DNA of 39,203 nt from a virus, in UHGV virus genome UHGV-0043900, one strand, 5' to 3'. The first letter of the stretch is position 1. The number at the start of each line of letters is the position of its first letter. Below are positions 14,844-23,092 of the stretch, piece after piece. The notes below the pieces were generated by a model that saw nothing but the letters and a program-made list of their open reading frames with translations, made no database searches and was not told the DNA's origin. The position numbers were made by a program, and so were the translations under genes.

Positions 14844-15562
14844 GGTTTATCCGCTGTCTGCATAATCCCGATAGCCAGTGCGAGGGGAAGTAATTCCGGG
14901 GAAGTTCTTTCAAACAGCGATTCCCATTCTCCTCTCGCCATCACTCTGTCCAGCCCGCCCTCCAGTTGCATTTCAGCAATCTTCCTGATTTCCCGGAACA
15001 ACGCCTCTTTGATCACTTCATGCTCAGCTTTATTTTCCGGTGTCAGAATGTATTCGTCGAAGAACCGGGGAGGCTGGTTAACGGGGATTGTGTTCACCGG
15101 GATGTGTTCCTGCTTCCCGTACTTCGGGGCCGAAAAACATTCTGTTGGCTGACCAGTGAGTTTACGTAGCTCCTTCATGAGCAGCTCCTGATCGTAAACT
15201 GCCATCAGTGCCGCAATAGTGGCATGCAGTGCATCGGGCAGTGTCCATGGGTACTGGCCTGTGGGGCATATAACATCCAGCAGTGCATTCGTCCGGAGAA
15301 TGCATCCCTCGCTGTATGACATCGGAGTTTTTTCTGTGTATTCCTCCAGTCGGATAAGTGTGCCTGCCCGTGGTTTCTGCCATGTGCTCAGATCACCCCC
15401 ACTCATACGGCGCTCACCGTCCACGTCTGCGGCGTCGACAATGACGCTGTTTCCGAATTCCTGTTTCACCACTTCCTCTATCCGCGCCAATATGTAACTT
15501 TTACCGCTGCCCACAGGACCGGACACGGTGACAGTGATGACCGGATTCAGTGTCTGCGTCAT
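14819..15562 (-). CDS. Small P-loop NTPase/kinase-like protein (247 aa), unknown function
   Basis: N-terminal Walker A VTVSGPVGSGKSY, followed by hhhhD-like SVIVDAADVDG. Strong RBS GAGGAG. Resembles small nucleotide-kinase or zeta-toxin-like folds in layout only. Confidence 0.7.
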   Translation of the reverse strand: MTQTLNPVITVTVSGPVGSGKSYILARIEEVVKQEFGNSVIVDAADVDGERRMSGGDLSTWQKPRAGTLIRLEEYTEKTPMSYSEGCILRTNALLDVICPTGQYPWTLPDALHATIAALMAVYDQELLMKELRKLTGQPTECFSAPKYGKQEHIPVNTIPVNQPPRFFDEYILTPENKAEHEVIKEALFREIRKIAEMQLEGGLDRVMARGEWESLFERTSPELLPLALAIGIMQTADKPHLRSLNT

Positions 15563-15634
15563 ATCGTATTCTCCTCTGTGAATAATTCATCGTTTATCCT
15601 GCACATCCCGTATCCCCGGCTCTCTTAACGCGCT

Positions 15635-15673
15635 TTAAAATCCTTCGCGCCCTGTATTTGTGATGCTGTCTCC
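15635..15673 (+). promoter_or_regulatory. Candidate activator-dependent late promoter of the lysis operon
   Basis: TTAAAATC-N23-CTGTCTCC with inner CTGTATTT, about 20 nt upstream of the holin ATG. The same bipartite motif at identical spacing occurs at 23030-23068. Confidence 0.4.
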
Positions 15674-15692
15674 ACCAGATAAGGAGACACAC

Positions 15693-16043
15693 ATGAAAAA
15701 CCTGAAAACATTCATTCCCCCTGTTAAAAAACCTCGCCTCAGCGGCTGGCTGCTGACCTCAGTGCTGTTGCTGGGCACCATCGCTCTGGTCTCACCACAG
15801 CAACTGCCTGTTGTGATCTACAAGCTGGCACTCATCACGCTGGCAGCAGTGCTGGGTTACTGGCTTGACCGTTCGCTCTTCCCCAAAGCCCGTCCCGGTC
15901 AGTACCTGAAACATGACGACAGGCTGATGGCTGAAGGGCGTTTCCCGGTACAGACCGGCCTTCACCTGGTGTTTTCTGCTGCGTTAATCCGCCGTGCACT
16001 GATTGTTGCAGCGGTCTGCCTGGCTGTTGCGATGGGGCTTTAA
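15693..16043 (+). CDS. Putative holin (three predicted TM segments)
   Basis: Internal ATG of ORF 15660-16043 with RBS AAGGAGA; 116 aa, three hydrophobic helices; immediately upstream of the endolysin. Confidence 0.55.
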   Translation: MKNLKTFIPPVKKPRLSGWLLTSVLLLGTIALVSPQQLPVVIYKLALITLAAVLGYWLDRSLFPKARPGQYLKHDDRLMAEGRFPVQTGLHLVFSAALIRRALIVAAVCLAVAMGL

Positions 16044-16045
16044 TC

Positions 16046-16786
16046 ATGAACTGGCCGCAGATCACCTGGATTGTATGCATGTCCCTGAAACTGGCTTTCG
16101 AAGCCTTTCGGGTCTTCATCAGAACCGAACGCCTGTCAGTCCGCGCCGGGACCTTTCTGGTTCATATGGCATGGGTATTCTTTGTCGCAATATTGCTCTG
16201 GTGTGGCGGCTTTTTCAGCCAGGCATGCGCAGCACAACCTCCGCAGGCTGCGCTGCAGTATCGCGATGATGTGATCCGTAATGCCCGGCTTGAATGGGGA
16301 CTGTCTGCGCCGGTGGCCGACTTTGCCGCGCAACTGCATCAGGAAAGCGGCTGGCGACCTGATGCGGTCTCACCGGCTGGCGCTCAAGGACTGGCGCAGT
16401 TCATGCCTGCCACTGCCGACTGGATAAGCCAGTTGATACCGATGCTGAGCAGTCGTGAGCCGTTTAATCCTGCATGGGCTATCCGGGCGCTGGTCAGCTA
16501 TGACCGCTGGCTGTGGCAGCGCGTCAGCGCCGCCAACGACTGCGAGCGTATGGCCATGACACTGTCGGGCTATAACGGTGGTCTGGGCTGGGTACAACGG
16601 GACAGGCGGCTTGCATCACAGAAAGGTCTGGACAGCACCCGCTGGTTTGGTCATGTCGCCACGGTGAATGCCGGACGCAATGCGGCCAGCTGGCGGGAGA
16701 ACCGTCATTATCCGCAACGCATTCTGCGTGAGCTGGCACCGCGATATCTCACATGGGGAGGCAGCAGTTGTGTGGCATCTGGTTAA
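16046..16786 (+). CDS. Endolysin: lytic transglycosylase (SLT domain) with hydrophobic N-terminal signal or SAR-like segment
   Basis: SLT motifs EWGLSAPVADFAAQLHQESGWRPDAVSPAGAQGLAQFMPATADWI; N-terminal hydrophobic stretch MAWVFFVAILLWCGGFFSQACAA. Confidence 0.8.
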   Translation: MNWPQITWIVCMSLKLAFEAFRVFIRTERLSVRAGTFLVHMAWVFFVAILLWCGGFFSQACAAQPPQAALQYRDDVIRNARLEWGLSAPVADFAAQLHQESGWRPDAVSPAGAQGLAQFMPATADWISQLIPMLSSREPFNPAWAIRALVSYDRWLWQRVSAANDCERMAMTLSGYNGGLGWVQRDRRLASQKGLDSTRWFGHVATVNAGRNAASWRENRHYPQRILRELAPRYLTWGGSSCVASG

Positions 16787-17420
16787 AAAACTGCCATGGC
16801 GCGGCATTCTTCTGGCCATTCTTATCAATGCCTTTCTGATCGGCCTGTATGCCATGGGATACAGAAGTGGTCATGACTCTGCAAAGCGTGACGGTGATAC
16901 CGCGCTCAGTCAGTTGCAGTCAGCATTTGACGCGTACAAAACGGAGCAGGCAATGCTTGAGAACGCTGCGTTGCGAGCATGGGCAAAACGGTATCAGGAG
17001 CAGGTGGCCGCCGGGCAGCAGGCTGAAGCCAGTTACCTTGAGCAGATTGCTCAACTGGAGAGCCGGAACAAACAACTACAGGGGCAAATTAACGATGTCA
17101 CACAGCGCTGGATTGATGAAAAAGGTAAGAGCCATCCCATTGAGTGCGTGTTTACTCGCGGTTTCGTGCGCCAGTACAACGCCGCACTCGGATATGACAA
17201 CGCATCCGTCGACACCGGTCATTCAGACGCAACTGCCGCCGCTGGCACCGGCACTGGCGCAGCGACCGGGCAACCTGAAACCGCTGACGCCCGGTTACGC
17301 AATTCGGGTGTCTCCCAGCGTGACGTCCTCGCCAATATCATCGACAACGCAGGGCAATGTCGTCGCTGGCGGAACCAGATAAACGCGCTGCTGAATGAAC
17401 GGGAAGGATTACAGAAATGA
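16770..17420 (+). CDS. Rz-like i-spanin (type II membrane protein with periplasmic coiled coil)
   Basis: GTG start with GGGGAGG RBS inside ORF 16668-17420; N-terminal TM (WRGILLAILINAFLIGLYAMGY) then coiled-coil; overlaps the endolysin 3' end. Confidence 0.65.
   Translation: MWHLVKKLPWRGILLAILINAFLIGLYAMGYRSGHDSAKRDGDTALSQLQSAFDAYKTEQAMLENAALRAWAKRYQEQVAAGQQAEASYLEQIAQLESRNKQLQGQINDVTQRWIDEKGKSHPIECVFTRGFVRQYNAALGYDNASVDTGHSDATAAAGTGTGAATGQPETADARLRNSGVSQRDVLANIIDNAGQCRRWRNQINALLNEREGLQK
17116..17382 (+). CDS. Rz1-like o-spanin lipoprotein, embedded in the +1 frame of Rz
   Basis: Internal ATG of ORF 16849-17382 giving MKKVRAIPLSACLLAVSCAS... with a lipobox-like LAVSC and a Pro-rich mature region; entirely inside the Rz gene. 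Confidence 0.6.
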   Translation: MKKVRAIPLSACLLAVSCASTTPHSDMTTHPSTPVIQTQLPPLAPALAQRPGNLKPLTPGYAIRVSPSVTSSPISSTTQGNVVAGGTR

Positions 17421-17743
17421 CACTGCAGGTTGAATTCTGGACGGTGGTGAGTTTTCTGCTCACCTTCATGGGGTTTGTGGGAGGGCTCGCCAAATGGCTG
17501 TTCAGTAAAGCGGAAGAACGCCAGACTGCACGATTCGCCTCTCTTGAGCAGTCACTGCAGCAGTCCGCCTCCAACTGGGGCGAGCTGGAAAAAGAATTTA
17601 TGCGATTTAAGGCGGATTTACCGCTGAATTATGTCCGTCGCGAGGATTATATCCGTGGCCAGACAGTTATCGAGGCCAAACTGGACGCGCTTTACAACAA
17701 ACTGGAAGTGGTACAGCAGTACCGCAATACCGGAGGTCAATAA
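17417..17743 (+). CDS. Hypothetical protein with N-terminal TM helix (108 aa)
   Basis: ATG overlaps the Rz stop (ATGA); TM segment WTVVSFLLTFMGFVGGLAKWLF; lies between lysis and terminase genes. Confidence 0.5.
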   Translation: MTLQVEFWTVVSFLLTFMGFVGGLAKWLFSKAEERQTARFASLEQSLQQSASNWGELEKEFMRFKADLPLNYVRREDYIRGQTVIEAKLDALYNKLEVVQQYRNTGGQ

Positions 17744-18054
17744 TGGTCGATATTACCCGGGTACGCCGCGAATCCCTGCGCTGGAGTCTGCTGGTTGCCC
17801 TGAACAAAACCCGCCCTTACACCGCCAGCGAGACGTTGCTGCTGGAAGTGTCCCGCGCCATCTACCCGGACACCACGCAACTGGAGCTGCGCCGTGAGCT
17901 TGATTACCTGGCAGATCGCAAAATGGTGGAACTGGAGAGGAGACCGTCCGGTGACTGGTTTGCCGATCTGAGCCGCCTTGGGGTGGATATTGTGGAATAC
18001 ACCGTGGAATGCAGCCCCGGTATTGCCCGCCCGGAAAAATACTGGAGTGAGTGA
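17743..18054 (+). CDS. Hypothetical late protein (103 aa)
   Basis: Translationally coupled ORF between lysis and terminase genes. Confidence 0.5.
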   Translation: MVDITRVRRESLRWSLLVALNKTRPYTASETLLLEVSRAIYPDTTQLELRRELDYLADRKMVELERRPSGDWFADLSRLGVDIVEYTVECSPGIARPEKYWSE

Positions 18055-18056
18055 TT

Positions 18057-18599
18057 ATGGGACGTCGCAGCAGCATTGATTCTCTGCCGAAGGAGGTCCG
18101 TCGCTGGATTGAGCGGGCACTGACGGAGAATAATTTCACCGGCTATGCAGAGCTTGAAAGCCTGCTGAAGGAAAGGGGTTACAGCATCACCCGCTCTTCC
18201 CTGCAGCGGTTTGGCTACAAAATGGAGCAGCAACTGGCCCGTGTGCGGGCAGCAACCGAGGCGGCACGTCTGCTTGCTCGGGAGGCCGGAGACGATCCTG
18301 ATGACCGTTCAGCCGGGCTGATAACCCTCGTCCAGACCGAAATGACGGACATCCTGATGCGCCTGCAGGAGTCGCGGGAAAATGACGATCCCTTCGCCCG
18401 GGCAAAACTGCTGGCAACGGCTTCAAAAAATATCGCCACACTGACCCGCGCCTCGGTCACCCTCAAGCGCTATCAGGCAGAAGTCAGGGAGAGGGTTGAA
18501 CGTGCTGCCGCCGCTGCCGAGAAAATTGCCCGTAAGGGCGGGCTGTCTGCGGATGCTGTACAGGCACTGCGACGGGAAATTCTGGGAGTGGCATCATGA
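18057..18599 (+). CDS. Terminase small subunit (Mu gp27-like)
   Basis: N-terminus MGRRSSIDSLPKEVRRWIERALTENNFTGYAELESLLKERGY typical of Mu-like small terminase proteins; directly upstream of the large subunit. Confidence 0.65.
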   Translation: MGRRSSIDSLPKEVRRWIERALTENNFTGYAELESLLKERGYSITRSSLQRFGYKMEQQLARVRAATEAARLLAREAGDDPDDRSAGLITLVQTEMTDILMRLQESRENDDPFARAKLLATASKNIATLTRASVTLKRYQAEVRERVERAAAAAEKIARKGGLSADAVQALRREILGVAS

Positions 18600-20119
18600 T
18601 GAACATCCCTTCGCATATCCCGGACACAACAGCGTGTGCAGCCCCACCGGTGCTGCTGCCTTATCAGCAACGCTGGGTGGCAGATGCCTCTCCGCTTAAG
18701 GTGATGGAAAAGAGCCGTCGTACCGGTATTACATGGGCTGAGGCATCCGATAACGTACTGACCGCCGCCTCTTCTGCGCCAGCAGGCGGGATGAATGTGT
18801 ATTACATCGCCTATAACCAGGACATGACCGTCGAATACATTCAGGCGTGTGCGATGTGGGCACGGGCATTCAACTATGCGGCCAGTGAAATTGAAGAAGG
18901 ATTCTGGGAAGAGGACGACGACGACAAACACATCAAGACTTACACCATCAAATTTCCTGACTCCGGCTTTCGTATTGTTGCGCTCTCCAGCCGCCCGTCT
19001 AACCTGCGTGGCCGTCAGGGTATTATTGTTATCGACGAAGCGGCGTTCCATGAGCAACTGGACGAACTGCTGAAAGCGGCGCTGGCGATGCTTATCTGGG
19101 GGGGAAAGGTACGCGTTATCTCCACCCATAACGGTGACGACAATCCGTTCAATACGCTTATCGGGGATATCCGTACCGGACGTCAGGGAGGCAGCGTACA
19201 TCGCATCACTTTCCGGGAAGCCGTATCTGAGGGGCTGTTCCGGCGCGTCTGTCTGCGCACCGGGAAGGAATGGTCGGAGGCATCCGAGCAGGCCTGGATG
19301 GCATCGGTGTACAAATTCTACGGTGCCGGCGCATCCGAAGAGCTTGACTGTATTCCGGCCAACGGTGGCGGTGCCTGGCTGTCCCGTGCCCTGATAGAGT
19401 CCCGCATGTCCGCTGATACGCCGGTATTGCGTCTGACCTGTCAGGAAGGTTATGAACTGCTGTCTGATGAGGTTCGCTTCCGCGAGACGCAGGACTGGCT
19501 TGATGAGCATCTGAAACCATTGCTGGAGGCACTCCCCACTGATGCCCGCTCTTTCCTGGGGCGCGACTTTGGCCGCAGCGGTGATTTGTCGGTGGACTAT
19601 CCCCTGCTGCAGGAGAAGAACCTGGTACGACGCGTGCCATTTGTACTGGAGCTGCGTAACGTGCCGTTCAGACAGCAGGAGCAAATCACCTGGTATCTGA
19701 TGGATGGACTGCCCGGTCTGCTGGGTGCAGCGTTTGATGCCCGTGGTAATGGTGCCTATCTGGCTGAATACGCCATGCAGCGCTACGGCTCCAGCCGGGT
19801 TCAGCAGGTGATGCCAACCGAAGGCTGGTACCGGGAACATATGCCTCCGGTCAAAGCTGCACTGGAAGACGGTAACCTGGTGGACTTACCAAAAGATGAA
19901 GACACACTGGATGACCTGCGGGCCGTTCAGGTGGTGAACGGTGTCCCCCGCGTGCCGGAGCAACGCTCAAAAGCAAAGGCTGATGGTGGTAAACGCCACG
20001 GGGATTCAGCCATCGCACTGGCGCTGGCGTATTTCGCCAGCCGTGAAATTAACAAAGGGCCGGTGAAAGCAAGCTCACGACGACGTCGTCAGGCGGCCCG
20101 TATACTGGAGGGATTCTGA
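18596..20119 (+). CDS. Terminase large subunit (Mu gp28-like)
   Basis: 507 aa; position and size; ATPase-like region GRQGIIVIDEAAF; followed by the portal gene. Confidence 0.85.
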   Translation: MMNIPSHIPDTTACAAPPVLLPYQQRWVADASPLKVMEKSRRTGITWAEASDNVLTAASSAPAGGMNVYYIAYNQDMTVEYIQACAMWARAFNYAASEIEEGFWEEDDDDKHIKTYTIKFPDSGFRIVALSSRPSNLRGRQGIIVIDEAAFHEQLDELLKAALAMLIWGGKVRVISTHNGDDNPFNTLIGDIRTGRQGGSVHRITFREAVSEGLFRRVCLRTGKEWSEASEQAWMASVYKFYGAGASEELDCIPANGGGAWLSRALIESRMSADTPVLRLTCQEGYELLSDEVRFRETQDWLDEHLKPLLEALPTDARSFLGRDFGRSGDLSVDYPLLQEKNLVRRVPFVLELRNVPFRQQEQITWYLMDGLPGLLGAAFDARGNGAYLAEYAMQRYGSSRVQQVMPTEGWYREHMPPVKAALEDGNLVDLPKDEDTLDDLRAVQVVNGVPRVPEQRSKAKADGGKRHGDSAIALALAYFASREINKGPVKASSRRRRQAARILEGF

Positions 20120-21615
20120 TGGCGAGGGGTATCTGGGTTTCACCCGATGAATTTGTTGCTTTTTCTGAGTCTCAGAAATCACTGACCGCGCAGATTGCCT
20201 CGCGCAGCCGCTCCATCGACTTTTTCGGGCTGGGGATGTACCTGCCTAACCCTGACCCCATTCTGAAATCTCAGGGCCGGGATATACGTATCTATCGCGA
20301 GCTGCGTACCGACCCGCTGGTCGGCGGCTGCATCCGCAGGCGTAAAGCGGCGGTCAAATCACTGGAGCGCGGCCTTGAACGAGGTCATGCCCCGGCGCGG
20401 GTATTCAGTTTCATCCGGGATATGCTTGACGATCTGGATCTGTCCCGCATCATCGGCGAGATGACCGACGCCGTTCTCTACGGGTATCAACCTTGTGAGA
20501 TCATGTGGGGACGCTCTGTTAAATCCTGGGCCATTGCCGATATCGTGGGTAAACCCCCTGAGTGGTTCCAGTTCGACAACGACAACCTGTTGCGCTTTCG
20601 TGCTAAAGACGCCGGGCTGGAAGGTGAGCCGGTACCGCTGAACAAGTTCGTGGTACCGCGTCAGGATGCGACCTACGATAACCCATATGGCTTCCCTGAT
20701 CTGTCGATGTGTTTCTGGCCCGTGACATTCAAAAAAGGCGGCATGAAGTTCTGGGTACGTTTTGCCGAGAAATACGGCTCTCCGTGGGTTATCGGCAAGC
20801 ATCCGCGTGGTACCGCACAGGGCGAGATTGACCTGCTGCTGGACTCCATGGAGGCAATGGTGGAAGACGCGGTGGCCGCTATCCCTGACGATTCATCCAT
20901 TGAAATTAAGGAGGCCGCAGGCAAGGCCGACAGCAGCGATATTTATCAGAACCTGATCACGCTTGCCCGCAGTGAAATCTCCATCGCCCTGCTGGGGCAG
21001 AACCAGACCACCGAGGCCAACAGTAACCGCGCCTCCGCGCAGGCCGGACTGGAGGTCACCGATGATATCCGCGATGCGGATGCAGATATCGTGGAAAGTG
21101 CGGTGAATCAGGCCATCAGGATGGCGGTATCGATGAACTTTGGCGATGTGGCCAGCCCCGTCTGGAAGATGTGGGAACAGGGAACGGTCGACGATATCCA
21201 GGCAACCCGCGACGAGAAACTCAGCCGCGCTGGTGTGGTCTTCACCTCGCAATACTTCAAACGGGAGTACCAGCTGCAGGACGGCGATATTGACGAGACA
21301 CCACCGTCAGAACGCGAGAAGAACATGCTTCCGCTGTCATTTGCCGAGGCGATTGATGCCGATATTCAGGCTCAGCAGCAGCTTGACGACGCGCTGGACA
21401 TTCTGATGAACGGAGGCGTGTTAACTGGCACGCTGGAATCCGTCCTGGCAGCTCTGTTCAAGCGGGTCGAAAACGGGGTTAACCCGTCTGAGCTGCTGGG
21501 CGAACTGGCGGAGCTCTACCCTCAGATGAACACGGACGATCTGCAGGAACGGCTGGCCCGCATTCTCTTTGTGGCAAATATCTGGGGGCGTCTGCATGAG
21601 CATGACAACGGCTGA
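20119..21615 (+). CDS. Portal protein (Mu gp29-like)
   Basis: 498 aa; N-terminal region DIRIYRELRTDPLVGGCIRRRKAAV typical of Mu-like portals; terminase-portal-F gene order. Confidence 0.85.
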   Translation: MARGIWVSPDEFVAFSESQKSLTAQIASRSRSIDFFGLGMYLPNPDPILKSQGRDIRIYRELRTDPLVGGCIRRRKAAVKSLERGLERGHAPARVFSFIRDMLDDLDLSRIIGEMTDAVLYGYQPCEIMWGRSVKSWAIADIVGKPPEWFQFDNDNLLRFRAKDAGLEGEPVPLNKFVVPRQDATYDNPYGFPDLSMCFWPVTFKKGGMKFWVRFAEKYGSPWVIGKHPRGTAQGEIDLLLDSMEAMVEDAVAAIPDDSSIEIKEAAGKADSSDIYQNLITLARSEISIALLGQNQTTEANSNRASAQAGLEVTDDIRDADADIVESAVNQAIRMAVSMNFGDVASPVWKMWEQGTVDDIQATRDEKLSRAGVVFTSQYFKREYQLQDGDIDETPPSEREKNMLPLSFAEAIDADIQAQQQLDDALDILMNGGVLTGTLESVLAALFKRVENGVNPSELLGELAELYPQMNTDDLQERLARILFVANIWGRLHEHDNG

Positions 21616-22417
21616 ACTGGCGTACTGCATGACGCTTCCCCCGAAGCGGGCAGTCAGTTACCTGAAGTCCAAAGGGTATCAGATTACCTGGGACTGGGAA
21701 GAAATGTGGCAGGAAGCCCATGCCCGCGCCTTTACCGTCGCTAAAGTGACCCGCCTGGATATCCTGGAAGATATTCGTGGGGCACTGCAGCAGGCTGTCG
21801 ATGAAGGAAAAACCGATCGCTGGTTCCGGCAGGAGCTGGAGCCGGTGCTGAAGCGTAAGGGATGGTGGGGACCACGTGACACGACTGACCCGGTAACGGG
21901 TGAGCCGGTCACCATTCAGCAGGGCAGCACGTGGCGGCTCGACACCATCTTTCGCACCAATATGTCCGTACTCTACAGCGCCGGTCGTTGGGCGGAACAG
22001 ATGGAAAACGTCGACGACAGGCCGTACTGGATGTATACCGGCATCAACGACAGCCATACCCGCAGGAGCCATCTGGCGCTGCATGGTCTGGTGCTGAGCT
22101 GGGATGACCCGTTCTGGCAGGCATTTTACCCGCCGAACGGCTGGCGTTGCCGCTGTAGTGTGATTGCCCTGAGTGCGGCGGATGTCCGTGCCCGTGGACT
22201 GAAGGTTATCAGCTCCGGCTCTGCCATGGGCCAGGAACTGAAACTGGTCTCAGAGAAAACCGGCGAAATGCGGAACGTGGCCACCTTTAATACCGGCACC
22301 ACGAAGGTGACCACCGACGTCGGCTGGTCTTATGCACCGGGGGCAGCATACCGTCCCGACCTGGCCCGCTATCAGGGTACGCTTCAGCCACTGGCACAAC
22401 AGGAACTGAGAGGATAA
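21596..22417 (+). CDS. Head morphogenesis protein (Mu F-like, gp30)
   Basis: Follows the portal; ORF 21569-22417 trimmed to the ATG cluster near 21596. Start position uncertain. Confidence 0.7.
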   Translation: MSMTTAELAYCMTLPPKRAVSYLKSKGYQITWDWEEMWQEAHARAFTVAKVTRLDILEDIRGALQQAVDEGKTDRWFRQELEPVLKRKGWWGPRDTTDPVTGEPVTIQQGSTWRLDTIFRTNMSVLYSAGRWAEQMENVDDRPYWMYTGINDSHTRRSHLALHGLVLSWDDPFWQAFYPPNGWRCRCSVIALSAADVRARGLKVISSGSAMGQELKLVSEKTGEMRNVATFNTGTTKVTTDVGWSYAPGAAYRPDLARYQGTLQPLAQQELRG

Positions 22418-22419
22418 CA

Positions 22420-22878
22420 ATGGCTTCCGATAACCTGGTCAGTATCACCATTAACGATAAATCCCTGCGCCGGAGCCTCCGTGCGCTGGATCTTGCTGCC
22501 ACAGACCTGGAGCCCGCGATGCGCAAAATCGCCGGAACCTTGCTGGCGGAAACACAGTTTAACTTTCTTGATGAGGGGCGTCCGGGGTGGATACCCTCGC
22601 TGGCAGCAGAAGAACGTGACGGACAGACACTGCAGGATACCGGGCGTCTGATGGGGTCAGTATCAACCGACCATGACGACCGGCAGGCTGTTGTGGGGAC
22701 CAACGTTGTTTACGGTGCCATTCACCAGTTCGGGGGTAAAACGGGGCGTAATGAGTCTGTTGAACTTCCGGCCCGCCCGTTCCTGCCGGTGACGGGGGAT
22801 GGAGAACTACAGCCTGAAGTGGTAATCCCCATCCTCGATACCATTGTCCGCCATCTTGAATCAGCGGCCCGTCGCTGA
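22420..22878 (+). CDS. Virion morphogenesis protein (Mu G-like)
   Basis: 152 aa in the conserved position after F, with a terminator downstream. Confidence 0.6.
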   Translation: MASDNLVSITINDKSLRRSLRALDLAATDLEPAMRKIAGTLLAETQFNFLDEGRPGWIPSLAAEERDGQTLQDTGRLMGSVSTDHDDRQAVVGTNVVYGAIHQFGGKTGRNESVELPARPFLPVTGDGELQPEVVIPILDTIVRHLESAARR

Positions 22879-22924
22879 GGTTTCTCTCTTCAGGCGGGTG
22901 ATTTATCATTGCCAGCGAATGAGG

Positions 22925-22966
22925 GGCTGTATTACCTTTATAAAGGCTTTACAGCCTCTGTTTTAT
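22925..22966 (+). terminator. Rho-independent terminator after gene G
   Basis: Near-perfect 32-bp palindrome GGCTGTATTACCTTTATAAAGGCTTTACAGCC followed by TCTGTTTTAT. Confidence 0.45.
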
Positions 22967-23029
22967 AACCGCCTCCGGTTCACCGCATTGCTTTCCCTGT
23001 CCTTCACTCCTGATGTTTTCTAAAGCAGA

Positions 23030-23068
23030 TTAAAATCGCCGGGCCTGCATTTCTCACAAACTGTCTCC
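23030..23068 (+). promoter_or_regulatory. Candidate activator-dependent late promoter of the head operon
   Basis: TTAAAATC-N23-CTGTCTCC with inner CTGCATTT; same motif pair and 31-bp offset as at 15635-15673. Confidence 0.4.
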
Positions 23069-23092
23069 GACAACATAACGCGGGACAGCAAA

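Noticed and set aside
18473-19840. 455-aa minus-strand ORF opposite the terminase large subunit
   Set aside because: Antisense to a conserved terminase; Arg/Cys-rich translation; no start context.
22879-23092. Possible anti-CRISPR locus between G and the protease/scaffold gene (the acr hotspot of Pseudomonas Mu-like phages)
   Set aside because: The 214-bp gap holds only a terminator and the late promoter motif; the one 34-codon ATG frame (22916-23020) has no RBS and overlaps the terminator stem.
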